From Lepidodermella squamata (lineage: Eukaryota; Animalia; Gastrotricha): DNA of 64,000 nt. The DNA lies in assembly GCA_047495785.1 (NCBI GenBank), contig JBLDXI010000023.1, positions 1,364,001 through 1,428,000 on the forward strand, given 5' to 3'. Of the stretch, positions 1 through 10,961 are shown piece after piece; position 1 is the stretch's first letter, and every line of letters starts with the position of its first letter. The notes below the pieces were generated by a model. The model saw only the letters and a program-made list of their open reading frames with translations. It had not been told where the DNA came from and searched no databases. The position numbers and the translations under genes are program-made.

Positions 1-61
1 CAGGATTAAACTTCTGGCGCCACTTATTGGCCCATTCGGAAATAATACGGGTGAGCTCCAA
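1..61 (-). mobile_element. LINE RT fragment (family A), cut by window edge
   Basis: Minus strand reads LELTRIISEWANKWRQKFNP, matching LELTRISDWAKKWRQKFNP in the LINE at 26.5 kb. Confidence 0.8.
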
Positions 62-415
62 TGTTTCAATGTTCCACATATATCAAAATGATGTTCGCAC
101 GTGTGTGAATGCACATTTTTGGCTCCGCTTCTCTGCACGCTGCACGCTGGCCGCACTCCCATTGCTCATCACTCGCTTCAACCCCATTGATTGTAAAAAT
201 AAATTTGTAAATATAAATACGTATCGCTTGCAATTTCTACACTTGTTTACCTGCAGTATTCATAATTTTTTGATGAAATATCCCTCCGAACGAAGCAGAT
301 CAGATGTTGATGCAAAGCTGACAAAGCAACAGCTGGTAAATTTCATGATGCTTTTGTGTTGCTTATTGAAATATGTAGGCATTCTTAAATTTAATTACTA
401 ATTTTTGTTGACATC

Positions 416-2140
416 ATGTCGCAAACGCAATTTAACGCCGATCAGGTCTCCTATTTAATGAAGGTAACGCAAAAGCAACGCTTTTTGTGCAGCTCTTTTT
501 ATTGTAAATGACAATTATTCTCCACTGGCTCAGTGCCTTGAGTTGATGCGAAAGCGCAACCTTACTAAGGATATTGCTGAGTTTATAGCGAAAAATATCG
601 GCACAACGGTTGTTAAAGTGCAAAAATGGTTTCGCACAAGAAGAAGGAGAAGAGTTAGAGAGAAAACTAAGAAAACTTGGCGTCTTGAAGATATCCTCGG
701 GAAAGAAAAAAGCAAATTGTTGACGTTGGAAGTGAAACGTGATCCCAAGTTGTTCAATGCGAGAAAGCAGCTGCTGGCTCGAAAATTTGGCCTTACCGAG
801 CGTCAAGTTGAAAGATTCTTCATCGGTCATCGCGTTCGACGGAAGACATATGTTCGTTTCAAGCTAAATTCTCAGCAAAATGAAATATTCGAGAAGGTAT
901 AACTGAGAGGCAATATTTGCTTAAAATTAGGACTGATTGTTATAGGAATTCAAACAGAATCCTGCCGCGTCGCTGCAAAGATTTAGAGAAGTGGCCAAAG
1001 CCGTGGGAGTAACATGTTATCAGGCCAGGCGTCTTCTTGGAGAACGACGAGCTCACTTGGGAATCCGCGGTAGAACAGGGACATTGGAGTTCGTTGGATT
1101 CACGGATTTTCAACTGGCTGAACTACAGGAAGCATTCCAAGCGACAGTGGTGAGGGGCGACAGGTTTGACGATGCTCTCTATCGAAGTTTGGCCGAGAAA
1201 ACCGGATTGAAAAAGACCGTAGTGAGGAATTGGTTCTCTAACAAGCGCAAATCAGCTGGCTTCGGAAAGAAAAGAGAAACTCTTAATCGAACCAGTGTCT
1301 GCTCTCTAAATGCTGTGAGTTGCAGCCTTGATCTTGAAGTTCTAAATTCTAAATTCAAATTTATTTGTCCATCAGTCACAAAAATATAAAAGAACAATAT
1401 AACATAATAACAACATAATAACATAATAACATAATTACAATTAAAAGTGTTTTTACTCAGGAGTTTGCCGAATCGAGTCGTTTGGAAGATGGCAGAGTGC
1501 AAGAAATTGCGAAAAAGTTGGGATTAACTTTCAGACAGGTTAAATGCTTTTTCGCCATGATGCGAAAACGATTGAGAACTGCGGAAAATAATCAATCCCT
1601 TCTTACACTGAAACGTAACCAGCGAAATGCGTTGACTAAGGTTTGATAGGGCTTACAATTCCAGTCTATGCCATTTTATCATTTCTTGTTCAGGAATTCA
1701 ATGAGAATCCAGATCTACAGGAAACTGGAATGACTCGTCTTGCTGAAAGGCTGGAAATCTCTGTTGATATGGTGAAACGTTTCTTCGACATCCACCGTCG
1801 TGCTAAAGCCAGAGGTCGTGGTTATATTCGAGTGACCTGCGAGCAGCGGGTTCTTTTAGAAAAGGTAGATGACTTGACAAGTTTAAAGTTTGAAGGGATT
1901 GCTTTGCTTCATCATTGTGATTCATTTGATTCAGGAGTTTGAAAACACCAAATTTGTAAAGCGTGCGCAAGCTGAACGCCTAGCTATATCAACGGGAATT
2001 TCGACCGTAAAGGCAAAAACAACTGAAAGTGTTTTTTCCTTCGAAATTTAATTTAATTTATTATTTAGATAAGGAAGTGGTTCAGTTCGAAACGCTTCTT
2101 TGAAAAAAAGAAACAGAAGAAAGCAGCAATCGGTTCATGA
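416..2140 (+). CDS. Seven-homeodomain protein, copy A (intact, ~426 aa)
   Basis: Exons 416-463, 534-896, 946-1314, 1461-1640, 1694-1864, 1935-2012, 2069-2140. All introns phase 0; GT-AG except intron 6 (GC-AG). Spliced frame is open and contains seven helix1/HTH units, e.g. FTDFQLAELQEAF...LAEKTGLKKTVVRNWFSNKRK and LARKFGLTERQVERFF. Confidence 0.88.
1341..1410 (-). mobile_element. ~70-bp LINE family B 3' tail inserted in intron 3 of copy A
   Basis: Matches the LINE-B 3' end at 35625-35695 (ttctaaattcaaatttatttgtccatcagtcacaaaaatataaaagaacaatataacataata); followed by short TAACA repeats. Confidence 0.85.
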
Positions 2141-2591
2141 GCATCATTCTGTCTCCTGTTAAACTGTTTTTGATTTTACATTTCACGTCAAATGAATACC
2201 GGGCGCGAGTTATCAGCTACCTATCTGATTATGGATGATTCATTGGACCCTAATTGATATTATATCAGTTTTGAATAATCAACTTAGGGCCGTTCTTTTT
2301 CAGTGTAGCGAAAGGTTTGTGATCGAGCCGTGATTAAAATTGGAAGAAATATTACATCATATTACATTACATCATAGACCTTACATCAATTGAAATGACC
2401 TTACTCTATCAATTTAGGCCGCTTCCTTACACAGGCGGCTTCTTTTGTAGCATGATGAATTCAATTTCAAATTGTCAGCCAGGAAGTTTCAGGTAATCTT
2501 TGCAAACAAAATTCTGAGTTAAGCGAATTTTTATGTCAATTTAGTACCAATCGTGGCAGATCGTTCACATTACTCGAGAAATGGCTCGAAG

Positions 2592-3578
2592 CTTTGTCGT
2601 TTCAGCACCGTTACCGTGAGGCTTATGCCCACCTCTGTCGTCTCGATGAGTTTTGTCCTACTTCTGTTGATCGCCTGACCTATATGAAGCTCCATGATGG
2701 CAGTGTTATGCCGCCATCTACTGCCGTCGATGATGCCCTGCTTGATTATTTCGTCAAACCGATGTCTCCGCACGTCGACCCCGATGTGGACGCTGCCACT
2801 CGCCGGTGGTGGCAACAAGTCGAGGACGCTGTCGTTGCAGATCCTGACCTTCGTGCTTCCGCTGTTATCCGCATGCCCACTCACGGCGAGTTTTCTGCCA
2901 GTCAACGGATGCTCGCTGATGCTGTTAGCCGTTTGAAGTCCTTCAAGTCCCCTGGCTTGGATGGTGTTCAAAACATCTACCTGAGGTGGGGTGGCCCTGT
3001 CCTGCAAACCCACATTCGTCGGCTGTTCAACATGTCTCTTGGCAGTCGCTACGTGCCTCAAGCGGGGAAAGAAGCGGCTGTTGTGCCTATACCGAAGGCC
3101 GGCAAGCCGCAGAATCATGTCTCGTCACAGCGTCCCATCTCCTTGCTACCGAATGACGCCAAGCTCCTGGAGTCGATCGTGTCTCGGTGGATGACTCAGT
3201 TTCTCGAAATTCAACACCTTCTGCCCGAGAATCGGTTTGCATTCCGTCCGCACCATTCCGCGCCAGATGTCCCACTTCGCATCGTTCATCGCATCCACGT
3301 CAACCGCTCCCTGCGCAAGAAGACTGTCGTGGCAAGCCTGGATGTTCAGGCGGCCTAGGATTCCGTGTGGCACGCCGGGCTGATCCATAAGATTGCCCAG
3401 GTGCCTCTCACGTGAAATTTGGTCGTCTGGTTTGCCGACTATCTTCGCAACCGTCGTCTGACAACGGGGTGCCGCAGGGTTCCCCGTTGTCGCCGCTTCT
3501 TTTTATACTATACACCGCCGAGGTGCTGTCCGCTGTCCGCACCAAGCTTAGCTGACACTTTGCTGCAGGCTTACGTTG
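2592..3578 (+). mobile_element. LINE family A ORF2 (RT N-half) fragment, decayed
   Basis: ORF 2594-3358 has KSPGLDG, RPISLL and LDVQAA*; near-identical to the RT at 26219-27715; stop at the Y of AAYDSVW. Confidence 0.9.
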
Positions 3579-3785
3579 ACTATTGGAGGATTCTAGGATC
3601 CAAGATCATTTGAGGAAATGGCGGCAAAAAATGTTTGTTAAGGTAATGATCAGAAATGTTAAATGTCTCTGATTACTGGCTCTTATTATAATAACGGATT
3701 TTAGGATTCAATGTGAATAATGAAAGAAAGCTTCGGTTGTGTTGTCTGTAGGTGAATTTCTCATATCTTCACTTTGTTTTACAAC

Positions 3786-5424
3786 ATGTTGCCAGCTTAA
3801 TGCCGGTCAGCGCTCTTACTTGGGGAACGTTACGCCGGGAATAATTCTTCATAATTATACTGTTATTCACTCATTGACTATTTTCAAATCTTCCCCAGTG
3901 CTTCGATTTAATGCGAGAGCGCAACCTTACAAAGGATATGGCTGAGTTCATAGCGAAAAAGATTGGCACATCTGTTCGTAAAGTGCAAAACTGGTTTCAC
4001 CCAAGAAGAAGAAAAGGCGTTGAAGGGGAAACTAAGAAGATTTCGCGATATGAAGATATTCTCGGGGAAGAAAACAGCGAATTGTTGGTGCTTGAAGTGA
4101 AAAATGATCCCAAACTGAGCAAGGGCAGACAGCAGATGCTGGCACAACGATTTGGCTTGACAGAGAGGCAGGTTGAAAGGTTTTTCTGCAAGCATCGCAT
4201 CCAACGAAGGCCTTGTGTTCCCTTGAAGTTAACATCCCAGCAAATTGAAAAATTTGAGAAGGTTTTTAACTGAGAACTTCGCTGTTTGACTAATCTGGTT
4301 CCTAATCTGGTGACGGAATTTTACAGGAATTCGAACAGAATCCCGGCGCATCACGTCAGAGATTGGGTGAAATTGCTGCAGCTCTGGGCATAACATGTAG
4401 TCAAGCCGAACTTCTTGTCGCAAAACGACGAGCTCAAGTGGGAATCTGCGGCAGAAGAGCCCCACCTAAATTGGAAAGAATCACAAATTCGCAATTGGCA
4501 GAACTGCAGGAAGCATTACAGTCAACAGTCGTGAGCGGCGATAGATTTGACGTCGCCCTCTTTCAAAAATTGGCCAAGAAAACTGGATTGAAATGGACTA
4601 TGGTCAGTAAATGGTTCTCTAACCAGCGCAAATCTGCTGGCCTAGCAAAAAAGCGAGAACGTCTCGATCCGAGTGGTATCCGCGACTTGGAGGCCGTGCG
4701 TTCAACTTTCAACTCTTGATCTTAGTTCACAATGTTAAAAATATTTTGTGTCTCAGGAATTCGCTGTATCGAGCTGAATTGAAGGCAGCAGAGTGCAAGC
4801 AATTGCTGGCTAGCTGGGATTAACTTCCGGACAGGTTAGATACTTTTTCGAAATCAAGCGGAAACATTTGAAAACTGGGAGGAATAAGCAATCCCCTCGC
4901 CGCAGACCAGCGAAATGCGTTGACTAAGGTTTGATTATTCTCACAATTCCAATCTTTGATCTTTATGTTTTTTTTTGTTCAGGAATTCAATGAGAATCCA
5001 GATCTACTGGAAACCGGAATAACTTGTCTGGCTGAAAGACTGGATATACCTTTTGATATTGTGAAACGTTTCTTCGAAATCCAAAATGGTAAAATAAGAG
5101 GCCCTGCTAAAGCTCCAGAAAAAAGCCCATTGACCTTGACCTGGGAACAGCGGCTTCTTCTAGAAAAGGTGATTAACTCAAAAGGTGATTCAAAGGATCG
5201 CTCTGTTTCATCCTTGAATTTATTTAGGAGTATGGAATCTCTAAATTCGTAACGCATGAGCAAGCTGAACGCATTGCGACATCAATTGGATTTTCGACTG
5301 ATTGGGCAATAATGCTTACACTTAATTTACGAGTTCCTTAAAAATTGCTTCCCCTTTTTAGGTACAGAGATGGTTCAGGAGGAAACGGTTCAGAAAGAAA
5401 CAGGAAGAATCTATGGGTTCATGA
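3786..5424 (+). pseudogene. Multi-homeodomain gene copy B, pseudogene
   Basis: Same 7-exon layout; 5-nt deletion in exon 1 (ATG TTG CCA GCT TAA) and in-frame TGA and TAG in exon 4. Confidence 0.85.
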
Positions 5425-5810
5425 AATCTAAGGAATCTAAGGTAAATAATCTGCATAAAAATTGTTGACTTTTTTCGAGGCCTGCAACTTCACCGTTTTT
5501 GCGGACGCCATCAATGTGCCAGAAGACTAATGATCCACCTGAAGAGCGAGTATGAACTAAGGGAGTATGCAGCTCAGGTTCGAAGTGTACTGACATATGC
5601 AAATTGGAGAACCCTGCCCAAACTCGTACCGTAAATACCGAATTACAAGGCCGGACCGAAATAAGGGCATCCTAAGACCTATCCCGAGAATAGAAGGCAT
5701 TCATCTTTGGCTTTGCGTTTATCTTTGGCAGGCGAGCATTTAATTTTCTGGAAGAACCTTTCGAAAAAAGGTTGCATATTTCTCGTGATTGCAATAGGGC
5801 TTGCAATAGG

Positions 5811-6547
5811 TCTGTCGAGCCCCTGGCCTTTCTCGCCGGTGGCGCCGAACCGCGTATCTAAGTCTCGTTCGAACCACGTCAACGTATGGTAACATCGTTT
5901 TCTGCACTGCACCCAAGCGGCAACTCAAGCGCCTTGATGTCCTTCAGAACGATTGCCTTCGGGCTCTACTGAACGTCCGCCGCGATGACCGCGTCAGAGT
6001 CACGGGCCTCGAACGTCGCGCTGGTGTCCCAAGTCTCCCGCGTTTCTTCGAACAGACGCAGCGCCGTTACGCCGACAACGCCGTCCGCTTCGTCCTCCCG
6101 ATCCGCGAAGCTGTCGAGCAACTGCGTCTCTCTGCGAACCCGGTGCCCCGGTCTCCGCTAGCCCTGATCGCCAGCAGCCTTCCTCGGGGTCCTCTGCCCA
6201 CCTTCGGTGTGTGATCGTTCCGTGTCTCTTCCGTCTTTCTACATCTTGTACGTCTTGTCTTGTATAATCCTGGTTCCTCTTCTCCTTTCTTTTCTTTTTC
6301 TTCCTGCTGCACTCCTTCTGTTCTGATTAACCCATTACATGTAATCTTCTGCATACGATAAATATTCCTTTAGCTCGCCCACTAGCGTCCTCAGCGCACT
6401 GCCGCCGGCAAGCGCTTGTCGTCTCGCAGCCGCGTGCCATCTCTGTCACTTTGTATATATTGTTCGAAAGAAGGGAATTTATTATGTTATATTGTTCTTT
6501 TATATTTTTTTGACTGATGGACAAATACATTTGAATTTAGAATTTAG
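5811..6547 (+). mobile_element. 5'-truncated LINE family B (ORF2 C-terminus, 3' UTR and tail)
   Basis: Near-identical reverse complement of 35625-36365; ends in tttgaatttagaatttag. Confidence 0.9.
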
Positions 6548-6955
6548 AGCTTCGAAGTCATGCGCGATCGCACTCTGACCAGCGATATCGCAAGTCGAAT
6601 TTCAAAGAAGATTGGCATATCGGTTACAAAAGTTCAAAAGTGGTTTTACAACAGAAGAAAACGTGAAGAGCACCGCGGACCACCTCGGCGAGAAAGCATA
6701 AGGCAGTGGCAATGGCGTAAAATCATCGAGGTAATTCTACCCGTAGAGTTATTACCTGTGTGTATTTTTTCTTATTCGGAAGAGCGACAATACTAAAGAT
6801 TTTTTATGTTTACGATGACATGTTTAACTGAATATTCATTCGCATTCACCACCCCGGTAATCTTTATTAAGGAGGTCGATAAGCACTACGACCTTCCTCA
6901 GCGTGTACCAGCAGTAGCTAAGCTGGTGGCCGAAACTGGGCTGCAAGAGATTCAA
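6548..6955 (+). pseudogene. Divergent paralog fragment (HD1 plus HD2-like exons)
   Basis: Exon 6548-6730 SFEVMRDRTLTSDIASRISKKIGISVTKVQKWFYNRRK...IIE|gt; exon 6872-6955 EVDKHYDLPQRVPAVAKLVAETGLQEIQ|gt; phase-0 junctions; no flanking exons found. Confidence 0.65.
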
Positions 6956-7973
6956 GTAAAACGAGCTTGTTACATGAAATATCGCAGCCTTGGTATAATA
7001 CTCTATTCCATACTATGGCTCAACGCCGGCACAGCCATCGAAATCGTTGTCTACTATTTCGCATAAGATGCGAGCAATCAGTAAGTTTTCTTGCATAAAA
7101 ACGCATGTGCGCTCCATTTTTTATGCAGGATGAGCAATGTGGCAGCGGTTATCTTGCATAATAATTCAGCCTTTCTGCATAAAAACCGGGCTTTCTTGCA
7201 GTTGGTGCCGGTACTCTGCAGAAAGTCAACTGAAAATCCTAAATCCTTATGAAAGTCGTTTTCACTGGATGTTTCACTGCAAAAAGACCTTCGGTAGCGT
7301 ACTCTCTTGCCAATGCAGGCTTTCCTGGCAAAAACTGAATTGTTGACTGCTCCAAGCCCAAATATATTTCTCGCACAGTCGCACAGTTGGATCCGTTTGG
7401 TTTTGATGTAACTACGTCGTGAATTAGAATTATTTCAAATACTGGACGGGTGCCTCTTCAAGAAAACTTCAAAAACTTGTGTTGAGATATTAGGGATAAC
7501 TGATAACCTATTCAGGTATTCAAGCCCAGAATGAAATACTTGGAACGATTCATTGTTCAAAAGGCATGCGTAAATTCGACAGGCGAGTAAGATTCTGGCA
7601 ATTTTGAAGAAGTTGTTCACAACAGCAGCAACAACATCTTGAGCTGTCAATGCGCAAGATCTCGATGCTCGTTGCGTTGGGATCTTGCTCCTGGTTTTGT
7701 TCTGGATTTTGAGAAACCAAAGCTACGGGTCAAACGCAGCTGCGATTTTCAACGTCTTTCGCCGATGCCGGGCATCTCAGAAGGCCACGCTTGCAGTAGC
7801 GTAACATTTGCCTCCCGAATTTCCTGAGAACTTGATCCGGTGTAATGGGAAATTGTTATTCACCCAGAATTTGACTTCCTCGAAGTTAACATCCATCTCA
7901 AACACCTTTACGGTGGTAGTAACTGGTGGTTTAATTATTCCAAGAAAACATTAAATCCAACCAATTAAATCCA

Positions 7974-8248
7974 ATGGCTGAGGTTATAGCGAAGAATATG
8001 GGCACAACGGTTTATAGAGTTCGAAACTGGTTTCACGCAAGAAGAAAATCAAGAGTTGAAGAAAAAGCTAAGAAGTTTTCGCGAATCGGCGATATTCTCG
8101 GGCAAAAACAATTCAAATTGTTGATGTCGGAAGTGCAACATGATCCCAAGTTGGTAAAGGCGAGAAAGCGGCTGCTAGCCCGAAAATTTGGCCTTGCCGA
8201 GCGCCAAGTTGAAAGATTTTTCGAAAAGCATCGCATCAAACGAAGGAC
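7974..8248 (+). pseudogene. Multi-homeodomain copy C, exon-2 fragment
   Basis: MAEVIAKNMGTTVYRVRNWFHARR...LARKFGLAERQVERFFEKHR; ends abruptly against the minus-strand gene. Confidence 0.8.
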
Positions 8249-8822
8249 TCAGAATCACCTTCGAAAGCCCGGTGATGTTGAAGGATGGCTTCAAACGGAA
8301 ACGGACTCCCATAGTCGGTTGGGACTGATCGGTTTCAGAGTACTCAGTGTGACGAGCCTTAGCTTGTTGGACCTCAGGTCAAAAATGGCGTACATCATCC
8401 TTTCTGATGTAGTACAACATTTTGGACAAAGTGCAGGTTGAACTGTCGATGATGATCACGTGTCGATCGTCCGAGCTCAATTTAACAGGCACGATGATGT
8501 CTGGGATCGGGTAGCTAACAAGTTCGCACTGGTCCCAGAAGGTGAAGGTAACATTGACCTTGGGCTGAGATCCTGAGACTACGACATAAGGGATATCAGG
8601 TGGGATTCCGTAGAGAAACTTCCCGGTTCCGAAATAACAACGCAGATTGTTCAGCCCAGGCATCTGACTGATAGCGTTTAAGTAAACGTCATTCTGAGGG
8701 TGGAGGGGCAGGGTGTCCAGCGGGGTGTTCCAAACGTGGTATCCAGCAATTGTGGGCGGGGAAGCTAAGGTGCTACCCACAAGGCTGAAACACAAGAAAA
8801 TGATAGCAGCAGGCGAAATCAT
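8249..8822 (-). pseudogene. Decayed intronless secreted-protein gene resembling a bacterial uncharacterised family
   Basis: Signal peptide MISPAAIIFLCFSLVGSTLA, then WNTPLDTLPLHP, YGIP, PYVVVSGSQPKV, YPIP, DRHVIIID. After a frameshift near 8395 it continues AIFDLRSNKLR...PTMGVRFRLKPSFNITGLSKVIL. Confidence 0.65.
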
Positions 8823-9421
8823 AGCTTAACGTTTGCGGTAGTACGCTTTTCCGATATATCTTAGCTCATTTTATAGCTTAAATCCTGGTGATGAGATCTC
8901 CGATCCTGGTGATGAGATAACGTAAACATAACGGCTTTGTGTGTAATCAGTTGCTGCGGCAGCGGAGTTGTTTGCCGAGTCACGCACTTATTAACTTATT
9001 AAATAAGTAACTTATTATTAAATAAACCATGATAAACCCCTTGTTTCCCCATTTACTGTTTCTTTTACGCACCGTCGTCGACGAGCGTAGCTTCATGTTG
9101 TACATTGTACACTCGAGCCAGGTCAGATTTTTCTCTTCTTGGTAATTATTTTTTGAAAATTAGTTGGACTTTGTATTGTAACAGAACACTAATAACGATT
9201 TTTATGTTTATTTATGTTTAAATCAACCGAGTCGGACGAATTTACACGCAGGATTTTATTTACTCTGCAGCTTTCAAGCATTATCACAAAAAGGTCAAGT
9301 TGGTCTTTAAAAAGCTGAACATTCTCATAGAATTTGCTTACAAACAAGGTTTTTAATTAACTTATATTCAATACAACGATAAAATGATTGTGAAGGAGAA
9401 ATAAAAAATGCACAATAATTT

Positions 9422-10402
9422 TTAGTCGAATTCATTTGCAGCAAGCCGATTATTCAGGATTTTATTCACTCTTTCAATCAGCGTATTGCAAAGCGCCCTA
9501 TAGGCCGAAAAATGATAGACGAGCCAAAACTGAACATTCAACACCCAGCAAAGCACTCGATCGCCCAGAGTGAGGCTTCCAACCTCGTCTACAGACATTC
9601 CCAAAGATGGGCATATGAAAGCAAGGAGGCCATTGGTCGTTAAAAGACGTAGGGGAAGCCAAACAGATCTTATTCCTTCGACGAAATCATTTGCAAGGGA
9701 GCGGAAATGGGATTTATCATCGCGAATGCCAGGAACGATCTCATCCCTTTCGATAGCCAGGCAAAGCTCCCTGCATCGATCAATCCCACCTAGGCATAGG
9801 TTGAATTCGTCAGGAATCCCGAGCACGTAGCCATAAACTGCCCAAGCGTGCAAGAAACCTTCCAGCTCAGCTTCAGTAGGGCTACACCCCCACTTTTCTG
9901 CGTGTAAAACTAACGGCATAATGAAACCGCTTTGAGTAAGGCACATTTCGTATTGACCGAAGCTAGATCGACCCTTTCCTTGCATTGCCCTTCGAACAGT
10001 TGAGTGAAGTCGCCTGACTTTGCGCAATGACTTGAGACCTTCACATTCTTCAGTAGCAAACGGATCTGTAATCGTTTGCCATTTGTATATGGTAATGCCG
10101 GTTTCAACATAGCGGCGACGTGAGTTCTTCGCCCCTGAGCTTCTCCCGGTGAAAAGAAGTGGTCTGACTAACGATTCAACGGAGAACAGCATGACCAAGA
10201 CGTTGATGAGGCTGATTGCTCCTGAGAACACATTTCTCTTCATGACTTGACGACCTCGTTCGTAAAGCTCTGGCTTGTACCATTCTGGGACCGGTAGGTC
10301 CTCATTACTTTCGTATAAATCATCGGCGGCCTTTCGAGATCGAAGCTCGATCAGCGGGGATCCGTCAGGGAGCTTGCGCCTTGGAATAACCAAATCATTC
10401 AT
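9422..10402 (-). CDS. MpaB/rubber-oxygenase-like (DUF2236-type) heme oxygenase domain protein, intronless, 326 aa
   Basis: Motifs PEWYKPELYERG, TGRS...RRYVET, SLRKVRRLH, QYEMCLTQSGF, EGFLHAWAVYGYVLGIPDEFNLC, as in invertebrate members of this family. Confidence 0.82.
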   Translation of the reverse strand: MNDLVIPRRKLPDGSPLIELRSRKAADDLYESNEDLPVPEWYKPELYERGRQVMKRNVFSGAISLINVLVMLFSVESLVRPLLFTGRSSGAKNSRRRYVETGITIYKWQTITDPFATEECEGLKSLRKVRRLHSTVRRAMQGKGRSSFGQYEMCLTQSGFIMPLVLHAEKWGCSPTEAELEGFLHAWAVYGYVLGIPDEFNLCLGGIDRCRELCLAIERDEIVPGIRDDKSHFRSLANDFVEGIRSVWLPLRLLTTNGLLAFICPSLGMSVDEVGSLTLGDRVLCWVLNVQFWLVYHFSAYRALCNTLIERVNKILNNRLAANEFD

Positions 10403-10843
10403 TTCAGCAATTTTACTGCATATGACGTGTTTCCATCAAGTCCGCGGATGTCTGTGGATAAACCGTATCTTATCTCGCATTGTATTATCAAACCTGTATA
10501 AAAAAGCTGCGCAAACACATAGGTAGATGGTTTTCTTCATTTCTCTTCAAATCAGTTTCGAATCGATTTTGTATTCCTGTCGTTTTGTTGGAACCCAGTA
10601 AAATTAATCCGTAAGCGAAAGCTAATATTCTTAAACGTCAGAAGATTAGTTAAAAGCCTAACCTTTACCTATCCTATCCTAAGGATAGTGATATTCCATT
10701 CAGGTATTCGTTACTGAAACCTCAAACCAGTGCCAAATAATTTTGGCAGCGAGATGATGTGATATGAACTGAAAGTGAACTGTAGAGATAACGAACGAAG
10801 CGTTATCGACAACTGCCATTATGACAGTAAGCGTTAAAATGAC

Positions 10844-10961
10844 CTAAAAAGGTCGATTTTAAAAACTAGTGCGCATATCGCGTGGTGGGTGGAGTTCTAT
10901 TCTTGGCGAGTCGCTATCCGCCCACTCCGCGACACACCAGTTTTCGAGATTGACCTTTTAG
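10844..10961. repeat. Imperfect hairpin / MITE-like element
   Basis: ctaaaaaggtcgattttaaaaactagtg...cgcgtggtgggtgga pairs imperfectly with tccgcccactccgcg...caccagttttcgagattgaccttttag. Confidence 0.5.

Noticed and set aside
432-830. Recurrent antisense ORFs over exon 2 of many copies
   Set aside because: They are shadows of the conserved sense exon, with inconsistent starts and ends among copies.
416-2140. Assigning a known symbol (Hox, DUX, ZHX, TALE class)
   Set aside because: No diagnostic residues, zinc fingers or class-specific flanking motifs; the domains are too divergent to name.
7060-7390. TTGCAT/TGCAG-rich tract as a defined transposon end
   Set aside because: Repeats are visible, but no matching TIR or TSD could be identified.
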